64,000 bases of DNA from Nitrosopumilus sp. Lineage in GTDB: Archaea; Thermoproteota; Nitrososphaeria; Nitrososphaerales; Nitrosopumilaceae. Both the position numbers and the translations under genes were made by a program. Where the stretch lies: positions 2,199,849 through 2,263,848 of the forward strand of contig CBDBLX010000002.1 of the NCBI GenBank assembly GCA_965207445.1, given 5' to 3'. Under the pieces are notes generated by a model. The model had not been told where the DNA came from. It ran no database searches and saw nothing but the letters and a program-made list of their open reading frames with translations. Below, in pieces: positions 53,812 to 64,000 of this stretch. Within the stretch, counting starts at the first letter, position 1. Each line of letters begins with the position of its first letter.

Positions 53812-55204
53812 CAAAATTTTACTAGTTAAGACATTGGACTGCTGCGCAGACATAATCCAACTTGCAGATCATCCACGCAAACGCCAAGATCGTGGGTATA
53901 TTCTCAAGTCAACTGGTGTCTGGCGTCGTGGCACCTGAAAGCCGCTGCCGATAAAATCAATTACAATAATGTCACCGCCACCGCAGAGGCCGTATATGCT
54001 ATCGCCGCAGAATGCATCACGACATCATCTGAACTTCATACAGGCACATCATCTCACCTGCACACCAAGGTTCAAAATGTCAAGATCGCTACCGCATAGT
54101 GATTTCATTAAAGATCCGATGGTTTTTACAGGCGATTTCAGCTAGGCAGTTGTGTACGGAGTGGAAAAATAGACGTAATTGGCACTATGTGTAGCAGATA
54201 CCGTGTGGTGGCCAGAAGAGCGACGAGGAATTGGGTGTGTATGTCAGTGGCAGGTATTGGGTAATTTTTGATCATTTGGTTGAATTAATTTGACCTCGAG
54301 TGTCAAAAGGTGATGTGGCCATTAGTGTTTGTTGAAAGACAAAAAATGGTACATCGACTAGTATTCGCCGATGCCATATTTAATGACTCTGCAGGCAGAT
54401 CGTCTTGCGGCACCGACGAGGCGCATATTTTTTGAAGACAGCCTATGTGGGAAGAGGGGGCGGGTTCATGCCCGACGTGTCCCTGGAAGATCTAAAAGCC
54501 GCCTACCGCAAAGAGCCTCCGGGCAAGTCCCGGGACAGACTGCAGACAGCAGTTGGGCGAAAAAAAGGGCAAGAGTGAGTCTGCAATAGCCGCCCAACTC
54601 GGACGCAGCCAGAGCGTCATATCTGAGTGGCTCAACAGGCTACAGTCAAAGGGATTGGGGGGCAGATATGACCGCAAGAGCCCCCGGCAGGCCGTACAGA
54701 CTCACAAAAAACAACAAGAACAGGCAAAGGCCAATTTGAGTAGTGAACCGATGCAGAGCGGCTTTGAGCGTGGGACATGGACTGCCGCCTTGTTTGCATT
54801 GCATCTGGCAAACATTTTTGACGTCCAGTACACGTGGACCGGGGCCCTGGCGCTAGCTCACAAGATGGGCTTTTCAATAAGAATACCCACAGGACAATTC
54901 ACCACAAGTCTGCCAGTCCATTAGAAGAACTGCATTATGTACACGACACAATACACGCCATCATGGCGCACGCCCGCGCCGGCTATGAGGTGTTCTGTAT
55001 GGACGCCTCTGCAATCACAAACTCGCCGTATGTCGCGCGCGGACTACATCTCCGAGGAGGCTCTGAGACTGTAAATGTCAACTTTTCAAAAACAAGTATA
55101 AAGATGCTGGGTGCATAATAGTTTCATTAAAGATCCGATAGTTTTCTAATATTTTGTATTCATAATATGTGCTCAACTTCGAGATGAATATCAATCAAAA
55201 TATC

Positions 55205-57480
55205 GTATGAACCAAGCTCTTTGGACACAATAATAAAATCACATATCTGTATTTAGTCACATCCCTGCTTGTATAATCCTGCATCTGCGTGACGCTTGAC
55301 TTGGTGCTATTTTTAATGACCCTATCAGTCATAGAGCTTGGTTCACACAGATAACTCTGCATTATTACATATAAAGAACCATTCAGTAGATGTGATCAAC
55401 TACATATAAAGAACCATTCAGTATTAGTGAACACTCACATATAAAAAACATCACAGCAATATTAAAACAATATATAATATAATTGTCAATAGAACCTATG
55501 ATTCATGAAAGCATACTACGAGAATCAAATCCATGGTGGGAGAATCCAGCTAACATTCAAAATGATCAAAAACTACAAGAGTGGGAACAATCTGAGATCA
55601 GATATATTCCACGTATTATGCATGAGATCAAATATAACTTTGAGCCATCAAACACTGTAGTATACTCTCTTCGTGGACCACGGCAGGTGGGCAAGACAAC
55701 ACTAGTCAAGATGCAGATAAAGGAGTTTCTAAACAATGGTATTTCAGCATGGAATATTCTGTACTATTCTGCTGATCTGCTAGACACACCACAAGATGTA
55801 GTAGATATCACAAGGACATATCTGAACATTAGCTCCCTGTGGCGCAAAGGAGACCGTTATTACATATTTCTCGATGAGATCTCATCTGTACCACAATGGC
55901 AAAAAGGTATAAAGTGGCTGGTGGACATGAATATATTAAAAAACGCTACTGTCATGGTTACGGGCTCTCATTCTATAGATATAATGAGATCTTCTGAGCG
56001 GCTTCCTGGTCGTAGGGGTGTTGTAAATGGCAGTCATGACAAAATGCTACTTTCTATGAGGTTTTCAGAATATGTAACGGTTACAAACAACACCATAAGG
56101 AAAATAATGGTAAAAAATGATATGTTTTCTATCAGTACTAGAAGAGGCATATTTGCAAAGCTATTAAACAATGAGATAGATGAGAGGCTATACTTGTTTG
56201 AGCAGTATCAAGACGAGTTGGACTATATTTTGCAAAGTTATCTGATAACAGGCGGTATTCCAAAAATAGTTGATGAAAAGATAAAGACCGGAAACATAAG
56301 TGAATCCACAAAAAATGCATATTTTGAGAGTTTAATGGGGCAGTGGGGTAGTTTTCAAAAAAACAAAACATTTCTGAAACAATTTTGTATGGCAATAATC
56401 AAAGGCATGGGTACACACATGTCGTGGAATGGACTCTTCAAAGAGGCTGATCTTGGTAGCCCAAACACCGCATCAGATTATGCACATACCCTAAAGGAAA
56501 TGTTTGTACTTTTAATAATTCACATGTACGGAACAGACAAAAAGATCCCATTGATCAAAAAAACAGAAAGTTCTACTTTCAGGATCCCTTTTTCCTGCAC
56601 ATGCTCAATACAGTGGCAGGTCTTGACACCACCTTTAACACTAAGATAATAAACTACACTGCCCAAGAAGAGAATCAAGGTAAGATTCTTGAGGGAGTTG
56701 TTGCAGACCACCTCATAAGATGGGCATTTGATCTGAGTGGCCAAAGACAATCTTTTGACTATTTTGATCATGTGTTTTATTGGAAAGATGAAAAAGGACG
56801 AGAGGTAGACTTTATTTTACGTGCAGGTGGATTTGCAGAAGTTCCGATCGAGTTAAAATACAGAAATAAAATAAAGTTCAGAGAACTTTCTGGACTGTGT
56901 AGTTTTCTTGGCAAGACGGGCACAGAGAGTGGCATTGTAATCTCAAAGTCAGATATGCAGTCCAGATCAGAGTATGCAGTGGTGCCAGCATGTATCTTTT
57001 TGTTGTTATTGTAATGTCTATAATGGTGGTGGTGAGGATTTGTATACGTGCCCAAAGTTTCTATTTGTGCTTTGGTGGTACCGAGACACAGTAAAAATTA
57101 ATATATTTTTTATGTTGTGTATTGGTGCGAGCCTAGTTAACAATCCCTTGATTGAAGATCATTTTTACACAGCCAGTGGGTGGGCATGTAATGCAAAAAT
57201 TACTAGTCAGTAAATCCACCAACACACAGGTTATTCATATATACCTGTCATAGTGCCAGTCACAATACCAGTCACAATACCAGTCACAATGCCAGTCATA
57301 TGTACTTGCAAAGATACAAATCAAACATTCCATGTGACCTGAGATTTTTGGATGCAATAATAAAATTAGATACTTGTGTTTGATCACATTTTTGTCGGTA
57401 TATTGAATATTGTGCATGCAATGCATTTGGCTAGGAGTTATTTTCAAATGAGTGCATCTGTCATGGAGCTTGGTTCACAC
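55205..57480. mobile_element. Composite transposon bounded by two family 2 MITEs (55205-55348, 57332-57480)
   Basis: 8-bp TSD aaaatatc at 55197-55204 and 57481-57488; it splits a family 1 MITE (55118...57507). Confidence 0.85.
55483..57014 (+). pseudogene. AAA+ ATPase with C-terminal DUF4143/PD-(D/E)XK-like domain, frameshifted in an A7 run
   Basis: NPWW, GPRQVGKT, IFLDEI, TGS, GGIP; after the frameshift at ~56560: KFYFQDPF, EVDFI...IELK. Confidence 0.8.
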
Positions 57481-57544
57481 AAAATATCAGATCTTTAATC
57501 ATATCAGTAAGCATTAATGACTATCCATAACCCTGTTTTTTATC

Positions 57545-58126
57545 ATGTTTAAAAAATCATCTGTGCTACTGTTCTCAGGGACATTCCTGCTGTGCCTGTT
57601 TTCATTTTTTTCTGCATTCCCACAAAACCCCGGAGAGGTAAACTCGGTCTTTTTGTTCACGTACCACTGTATGTTAGATACCGGAGAATACGGGCCATAC
57701 ACAAGCATGAGGGAGTCGTCAGATAACTGCTACTATAACCTGTGGCTGTCGCTACTGGTGGCAGGATACGGGGGTGCAGGGATGTTCCTGACAGTGCATT
57801 CACTGAAATCAATAAGGAAAAAATCACCTGAAATGTTCAAAAAAATGGCTGTACAGCTGTTCTCAGGGATATTCCTGCTGTGCCTGTTTTCGGTCTTTTC
57901 TTCGATTCCGCAACTCCAGGGGGACGTAAACACGGTCCACTTGGTCACGTACCACTGCATGCTGGAGACCGTGGGGAATTCACAGTCGTTGGCAGATAGC
58001 GTCGTGGAGGCAGCAGAAGAATGCTACTTTGACCCGAGGCTGTCGCTGCTAGTCATTGGATATGGAGCAACAGGGATTTTTTTAATTGTATATTCGGTAC
58101 GAAGAATAAAAAAATCGATCAAGTAG
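57545..58126 (+). CDS. Membrane protein made of two tandem ~96-aa repeats
   Basis: MFKK...LFSG.FLLCLFS.FS..PQ...TYHCML...CY...LSLLV.GYG occurs twice. Confidence 0.75.
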   Translation: MFKKSSVLLFSGTFLLCLFSFFSAFPQNPGEVNSVFLFTYHCMLDTGEYGPYTSMRESSDNCYYNLWLSLLVAGYGGAGMFLTVHSLKSIRKKSPEMFKKMAVQLFSGIFLLCLFSVFSSIPQLQGDVNTVHLVTYHCMLETVGNSQSLADSVVEAAEECYFDPRLSLLVIGYGATGIFLIVYSVRRIKKSIK

Positions 58127-58971
58127 CCTCCCATCAAAATACTGTGCGGGCATCATGTGTATAGATCCAATGGCGCGAGATAAAGCGCGCACTGGCAGGC
58201 AGATACTACAAGGGCAGTTTTCCAGAGATTCAAAAGTCCATACTACACATGATGGAAAAAGGCGAGGTGGGAACAGTCAGGCTGCTAGAGTACATGCGCA
58301 ATGCCATACAAGACGCAAAGAACAACGCGCTCATATCCGAACTCCGGGCTGCATGAACTGCATATTACGCAAACTAGGTGGGGTCCGGGTGAGGCTGTGC
58401 GACGCACAGATCGCACTATAATCAGGACGGCTGCGCACATACTTTTTGCCACGCCCAAATACACGGCTGGTATGGACATGTCCATGGAAAAATCATGGAT
58501 CCGGTGTGGATTACCTCACAGGTCCTGCCTGATTTCCCAATATATGATTACAAGAATGTCTAAAAACTATCGGATCTTTAATGAAACCACTACACATGAC
58601 TTTTTAATATAGTCATATTACTAAAAAACTCACCACACGTTATACTATTTTTACACCATACACATCCACTCCACCATGTTGTACTATTCGCCCATCTGAC
58701 ACAATACACAAACTACTCTTAATATCATGAGTCAATCAGATGATTTTACCTCTCACACAGTGACGTGACGTGACATAGTATGCCACATGCATACATACAC
58801 ATACATACATACACATACACACACCGGTGACTCTGCCACATGCCATAACGGCTGTTTGATGCACACCTAAGCGGCAGAATGAGCGTGGATAGCAGTTGGT
58901 ATGTGGAAATGAACGCTTGTATTATCATATTTTCAATTAATATATATCTGCCGCGCTTTGTGCGCTAGTAT

Positions 58972-60411
58972 ATGAATATGAGTGTGCCTGATGAACCAGA
59001 TTGCCCACTTCTTTATGCTACTGATCCAAAAACTCGAATTAATGCAGGACATGTCAAAGTATGTGTTATTGGAATAGGAAGGATAGGACATGTTATTGGA
59101 ATAGGAAGGATAGGACTTCCAACTGCGCTCTCTTTTGCACATGCAGGTTTTACGGTAACTGGATTGGACATAAACGAATCTCTTGTCTCAAAGATACGCT
59201 CAGGGGTGTTTCCACTAGATGACGAACCTGGGTACGAGGAGATATTTCAAACTGTAATAAATACAGGTAAATTTTCTGCCACCACTAATGCGACAAATGC
59301 AATACCAAATTCTGATATAATAATAATTTCACTACCAACCCCGATGGACGCTTCAGGCATTCCATACTATACGGCTCTAGAATCCATGGCAACACAGCTA
59401 AATTGTTTACTGACGCTTGGTTCCATTGTAGTTGTGGAGAGTACAGTAGAGCCCAACTTTGTAGAATCAATAATGTCTCCGTTGATAGAAGGTGACCGTA
59501 TGCGCTTAAAAACTTCTGAGAACTTTGGACTTGGAGTATGTCCGGAGACTGCCAATCCAGGTGAGATCCTCAAAAACTTTCAGAGTTTGCCACGTCTTGT
59601 GGGTGCCATGGATACACGTACTGCAGATATAATATCAAAGGTATATGGACATGTGTTTAATGTTGAACTAGTCATGATGCCTGACTGTCGCACAGCCAAT
59701 GCAGTAAAACTTACAACAAATGTATTTCGGGATATTAACATTGCATTTGTAAACGAGCTTGCAATACTCTTTGAAAGACTCGGTATCAACACGCACACCG
59801 TATTAGAGGCGGCAAAGAAAAAGTACAATTTTGAGCCTCATTACCCGGGAGCAGGAGTCGGTGGACCGTGTCTACCTGTCAACTCGTATCAGCTACTTAA
59901 CACCGCATCACATCTACCGGGAGGTGATTCGATGCTCAGAATCATTCGCACAGGACGACGTGTCAACGAATCTATGCCATCACATGTAGTAGATATGATA
60001 TATGACGGACTTGCCGAGATAAACGTGACTCCAGACTCTTCAACTGTTGCAATACTTGGCCTCTCCTACAAACCAAATGTTCGAGACGTACAGCTTGCAC
60101 CATCAGAGCAGATTATAGATATGCTAAGAACTCGAGGAAGTAGTGTTCGTGCATATGACCCCCACTATACAGATGAGAACATATTTGAGGTACATGTCGA
60201 AAAATCTGTTACGGACGCACTCCGAGGCGCAAATGCGGCAGTGTTGGTCACTGATCATGACGAGTTGTGTGCGTTGGATGCATCTACAATTAGAGATGCA
60301 GGGTGCAGAGTGTTTGTAGATTGTAAAGGTGTAACAAATCCAGATGCAGTAGAATCAGTAGGTCTGGTGTATCGGAGTGTGGGTCAACGCGGCACACGTA
60401 AAGCATGCTAA
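58972..60411 (+). CDS. Nucleotide-sugar dehydrogenase (UDP-HexNAc dehydrogenase, WecC/WbpA-like)
   Basis: GIGRIG, LPTP, VEST, KLTTNVFRDINIAFVNEL, GVGGPCLP, GLSYKPNV.D. Confidence 0.9.
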   Translation: MNMSVPDEPDCPLLYATDPKTRINAGHVKVCVIGIGRIGHVIGIGRIGLPTALSFAHAGFTVTGLDINESLVSKIRSGVFPLDDEPGYEEIFQTVINTGKFSATTNATNAIPNSDIIIISLPTPMDASGIPYYTALESMATQLNCLLTLGSIVVVESTVEPNFVESIMSPLIEGDRMRLKTSENFGLGVCPETANPGEILKNFQSLPRLVGAMDTRTADIISKVYGHVFNVELVMMPDCRTANAVKLTTNVFRDINIAFVNELAILFERLGINTHTVLEAAKKKYNFEPHYPGAGVGGPCLPVNSYQLLNTASHLPGGDSMLRIIRTGRRVNESMPSHVVDMIYDGLAEINVTPDSSTVAILGLSYKPNVRDVQLAPSEQIIDMLRTRGSSVRAYDPHYTDENIFEVHVEKSVTDALRGANAAVLVTDHDELCALDASTIRDAGCRVFVDCKGVTNPDAVESVGLVYRSVGQRGTRKAC

Positions 60412-60423
60412 TAGTGATGCTAG

Positions 60424-61674
60424 TTGAACCACAAACTCCCAAATACTGCAGCCTATGATCCATCCTCGACTCTATATTATTTGACATTACGTTACAACCC
60501 ATTACTAGCACCCACACTACCGCGCATACACTCATCAGATATGCGGCCACTACATACTACACCACCGTCATTGAGCGTATTGCAAGACATGATTGTCAAA
60601 TCTATGAGATTGTCACTTTGTGGTGTTAATTCAGATGTGAAAGTTGCACTGGCTCTAAGTGGTGGTGTCGACTCTACACTAATGCTGGCACTCTTACGAA
60701 GATACTTTCCAAACCTAGACGTACTTGCCATAACTATAAGATTTGATGGTGCATATGATGAATCTGCACATGCAGCACGTACCGCAGAGGCGCTTGGCGC
60801 CGATCATATTATAGTAGATGTTGATAACCCCTTGCAGGATCTTCCAGCTGCAATACATACAGTATCATTACCAATGTGGGATCTACACGTGTACAATGTT
60901 GTCAAAGAGGCATCTGCACAATCTGCAGATATACTTGTGTCTGGTGATGGCGGTGATGAATTGTTTGGAGGATACACATTCAGGTATAAAAATTTTTTAA
61001 ATGTAATTACTAGTTATGATGTAGATACAATTACGCCTGATCAGAAAATACACGCATACTTGAACAATCATATACGTGATTTTGTAGATGAACAAAACGA
61101 TCTGTTTGATTCACGAATGAACTTTTCTTGGAAGAACATATATGATATCCTCTATCCATATTTTGACAATAAGTTGGAGTCACTTGAACAGGTCTTTTTG
61201 GCAGACTATAATGGTAAGATGTTATACAACTTTTCTCAGATTGTGAAACCTCTGTCGTCTCACTTTGGGGTCAAGATTGTGGCGCCGCTCTTATCTCCAC
61301 AGATAATTAAATACGCCATGAAAATCAAACCAGAACAAAAATATGACAATGTAAATGAGATAGGAAAGTTACCACTTCGAAGTATACTTGGCATACTTGA
61401 TGCAGAGCATCTAACCTCAGATGAAAAGGCGGGATTTTCACCCAATACAGTGTCATATTGGCACAAGTATGGATATGACATCTGCTCCACATATCTTAGT
61501 ACTGCTAAAATCATACGCGATGGCTGGATTAGTAAGAGATGGGTTGAATCCCATCTACGTCGCGACCTAACAGACGTCAGGTACATAAACAAATTTTTGG
61601 GGTTGTTGGCATTTGAAATATGGTATAAAATATTCATAACAAAAGAGATAGAGCCAAATATACAGCTTACCTAA
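60424..61674 (+). CDS. Asparagine-synthase-like amidotransferase (synthase domain only)
   Basis: LSGGVDS, SGDGGDELFGGY, K.GF; no glutaminase domain. Confidence 0.85.
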   Translation: MNHKLPNTAAYDPSSTLYYLTLRYNPLLAPTLPRIHSSDMRPLHTTPPSLSVLQDMIVKSMRLSLCGVNSDVKVALALSGGVDSTLMLALLRRYFPNLDVLAITIRFDGAYDESAHAARTAEALGADHIIVDVDNPLQDLPAAIHTVSLPMWDLHVYNVVKEASAQSADILVSGDGGDELFGGYTFRYKNFLNVITSYDVDTITPDQKIHAYLNNHIRDFVDEQNDLFDSRMNFSWKNIYDILYPYFDNKLESLEQVFLADYNGKMLYNFSQIVKPLSSHFGVKIVAPLLSPQIIKYAMKIKPEQKYDNVNEIGKLPLRSILGILDAEHLTSDEKAGFSPNTVSYWHKYGYDICSTYLSTAKIIRDGWISKRWVESHLRRDLTDVRYINKFLGLLAFEIWYKIFITKEIEPNIQLT

Positions 61675-62762
61675 TTCATCACAGACTTTGAAATATCTAA
61701 AAAGTCAACTGCGATCTTGTTCCAGTTAAAGTTTTTAGATACAAATTTGCGACCAGCTTTGCCCATCTCCTTTGCGCTTTTTTCATCATTTATAAGTGTA
61801 CATATACCTTTAACTATTTTATCAGGGTTTTGAGCATCAACTAGGATTCCAGATGTACCATCTTGCATGATCTCTGGTATGCCCCCTACCCTTGTCGCCA
61901 AGACTGGTTTTTCCATAAGTTGAGCTTCTTGTAATGTCAGAGGTGACATATCTATTCCACTGATCAGTGCATATATGTCAATCTCTGCAAGATATTGCTT
62001 TACTTGGTGTGGGTACTCTAATGCACCAAGCCATTTAAAATTATCATATTTAGAAAGTGTCGAAAGTATTTCGTTTCTGTATGGTCCATCACCTGCCCAA
62101 TAAAACATAATTTCAGGCAGTTCTTTGATCACCTTTGACAATATGAGCATCTCACGTGCCTTGCCCCATATGTTAGCACTTTGTAACAATCCAACACATG
62201 GATGAGATATATTCATCTCGCATAATTTGTGTTCGGTGTTAGAAGTGTTACCAGGATCCCATTTATCGGGATTTATTCCTTGGTATAAAGTAAACGACTT
62301 TTTTTTAGGATAACGTTTTTTCACGATATTATCAAGATAATTACATATAGGTAAAATGGCAGAGGTATCTTGAAATAATTTTTCTTCCATTCGAGATTTG
62401 ATATACCGTCCTATCCTTTTGATTGGGGTACGGCCCAGAGTCTCTTTATACCACTGCATTTCTGACCAATAGTCACCGCGCAGGTGTGTTAACAAAGGCA
62501 ATCTAGCATCAACCACTGCCTTTGCAAAATGTCCATGTCGGTCAACAAAGACTAGATCAGGATTAAACTCTTTAAAAAGTCTGTTTGCATGTTTTGCAGT
62601 TTGAAACCATGAAGATATTTTACGGTTTGGGAATGTATCATAAATATCAGAGTCTATAACTACTTTGCACTCTATTTTGTTTTTTGATAAAATGTTTGCA
62701 AATTCATTTACATGTGAAAGTTTTGAAGTATCAACTCCAAAAAGAATTCTCAATTGTGTCAT
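61671..62762 (-). CDS. Glycosyltransferase family 4
   Basis: AGDGPY, LTLQEAQLMEKPVLATRVGGIPE, FNW. Confidence 0.9.
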   Translation of the reverse strand: MTQLRILFGVDTSKLSHVNEFANILSKNKIECKVVIDSDIYDTFPNRKISSWFQTAKHANRLFKEFNPDLVFVDRHGHFAKAVVDARLPLLTHLRGDYWSEMQWYKETLGRTPIKRIGRYIKSRMEEKLFQDTSAILPICNYLDNIVKKRYPKKKSFTLYQGINPDKWDPGNTSNTEHKLCEMNISHPCVGLLQSANIWGKAREMLILSKVIKELPEIMFYWAGDGPYRNEILSTLSKYDNFKWLGALEYPHQVKQYLAEIDIYALISGIDMSPLTLQEAQLMEKPVLATRVGGIPEIMQDGTSGILVDAQNPDKIVKGICTLINDEKSAKEMGKAGRKFVSKNFNWNKIAVDFLDISKSVMN

Positions 62763-62950
62763 AATATAATCACTCTCTCCACGTATCAATTATATCTTAT
62801 AAAGTTTTGATTTCCTTGACTAGTCCCAAAAGTAGGTCATATCTATCGGAGTAGTTTGTGAGTATGAGATGCGTTATTATCACCACGCTGTATTAAGATA
62901 CTATATATGAATTTTTATGCACACATACAAGTTGAATCATAATTTTCCAT

Positions 62951-63029
62951 GTAACCGTTCAACTCCTTTCCAAATTTAGACACAGATTCATCGCCTAACG
63001 TTTGGCACAGGTATGAGTTGAACGCTTAC
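62951..63029. mobile_element. MITE family 3
   Basis: gtaaccgttcaactc...gagttgaacgcttac. Confidence 0.85.
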
Positions 63030-63079
63030 TCGTCGCAATTGGGATCAAGTTTTAAGTGAGGTGTAGGGATGGATTGCAA

Positions 63080-64000
63080 ATGGTACGCGTCGTACAGATA
63101 GGCATGGGCGGGTGGGGCAGGAACCACGCACGTGTACTCTCACATCTCGGGGCCCTTTGCGCCGTGTGTGACATAAATGCAGAGCGCTGCAAGCAGTTCT
63201 CACAACAGTATTCGGTACCGGGTTATGATTCGGTAGATAATCTGCTGGACGGAGAGGAGTTTGATGCGGCGCTCGTCTGTACACCCACAAAGACGCACAC
63301 AGACATAGCCATAAAACTACTGAACCACAAAAAACACACATTTGTCGAAAAACCGATGACATACAACTCTAGGGATGGTGAGAGCCTGCGTGAACTGGCC
63401 GATAGAAACGGTGTCATACTAACGTGCGGGTACATAGAGCGGTTCAATCCCGCTGTGGATATAGTAAAAGATTTTGTAAGCTCAAAAAAGTACGGCGATC
63501 TTATGATGTTGGAGTTTCACAGGGAGAACCAAATGCCCCTCCACATAAAGGATGTGGGAATCATCTATGATACCGCAGTACACGACATTGACACAGCCAT
63601 GTGGTTGTTTAACAGCACGCCCAACGTGGTGTTCGCAAGCGCAGGCCAGATAAGGCACAAGCATGAGGATTTTTCCTCTATAATGCTGGGATTTGACGAC
63701 AACAAGGTTGCAATGATACTCTCCAACTGGCTGACACCTGTAAGAGTGCGTAGGTTTGATGCCATCTGCACCGAGGCAGTAATCTCCTCAAACTTTATTA
63801 CGCAAGAGATCAAGGTGGAAAAAGATGATGGCATGCAGATAGTGGAGAACGAAAAGCAAGAGCCACTACTGCTGGAAATACAGAACTTTATAGGTGCAGT
63901 AAATGGACATGCGGAACTTCGGGTAAAGCCACGACACGCAATCAACGTGACAAAGATAGCAGAATCTGCACTCTTGTCTGCCAAGAGAGGAGTCCCAGTC
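63080..64000 (+). CDS. Gfo/Idh/MocA oxidoreductase (3' end outside the window)
   Basis: Translated by hand: MVRVVQIGMGGWGRNHARV...CTPT..H...FVEKP...GYIERFNP...DTAVHDID. Confidence 0.88.
   Translation, partial: MVRVVQIGMGGWGRNHARVLSHLGALCAVCDINAERCKQFSQQYSVPGYDSVDNLLDGEEFDAALVCTPTKTHTDIAIKLLNHKKHTFVEKPMTYNSRDGESLRELADRNGVILTCGYIERFNPAVDIVKDFVSSKKYGDLMMLEFHRENQMPLHIKDVGIIYDTAVHDIDTAMWLFNSTPNVVFASAGQIRHKHEDFSSIMLGFDDNKVAMILSNWLTPVRVRRFDAICTEAVISSNFITQEIKVEKDDGMQIVENEKQEPLLLEIQNFIGAVNGHAELRVKPRHAINVTKIAESALLSAKRGVPV

Larger units (their letters stand above)
54099..58590 (+). mobile_element. Degenerate IS630 copy split by ~3 kb of nested cargo
   Basis: Left part 54099-55115 and right part ~58160-58590 are homologous to 23591-25256; both IRs and both TA flanks are present. 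Confidence 0.85.

Noticed and set aside
53820..54096. Possible RTX/Ca-binding repeat gene remnant on the minus strand
   Set aside because: Only a faint GDSIYG...GGGD similarity with stops; not enough to call.
55366..55458. Possible mini-CRISPR array
   Set aside because: Spacers are only 12 bp and similar to each other, and there are no cas genes in the window.

Overview
AT-rich archaeal chromosome segment. Gene content points to Nitrososphaerota (Thaumarchaeota), most like Nitrosopumilaceae: SlaA-type S-layer N-terminus, archaeal histone, Ubl-Cgi121 fusion, top6AB-Pno1-Rio1 cluster, cupredoxin. The core genes are apt, mtnP, top6A/B, aIF2-beta, uppS, pyrF, purA, Sua5, rps17e, TatD, tRNA-Cys and a surface-glycan cluster. 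They are interrupted by many mobile elements: a long SWIM-finger IS6-like element, IS630, ISH3, IS66, TnpB remnants and three MITE families. The most notable region is about 25.4-36.4 kb. It holds co-oriented secreted-protein genes interleaved with IS6-like ends, and three of them join unrelated N-terminal heads to one shared C-terminal coiled-coil module. The heads are a Zn-metallopeptidase, the first ~430 aa of an S-layer protein, and four identical Ig-like repeats. A second notable structure is a MITE-bounded composite transposon with an intact 8-bp target duplication, nested inside another MITE inside an IS630 copy (54.1-58.6 kb). All family calls come from motif recognition by eye; no database searches were run.
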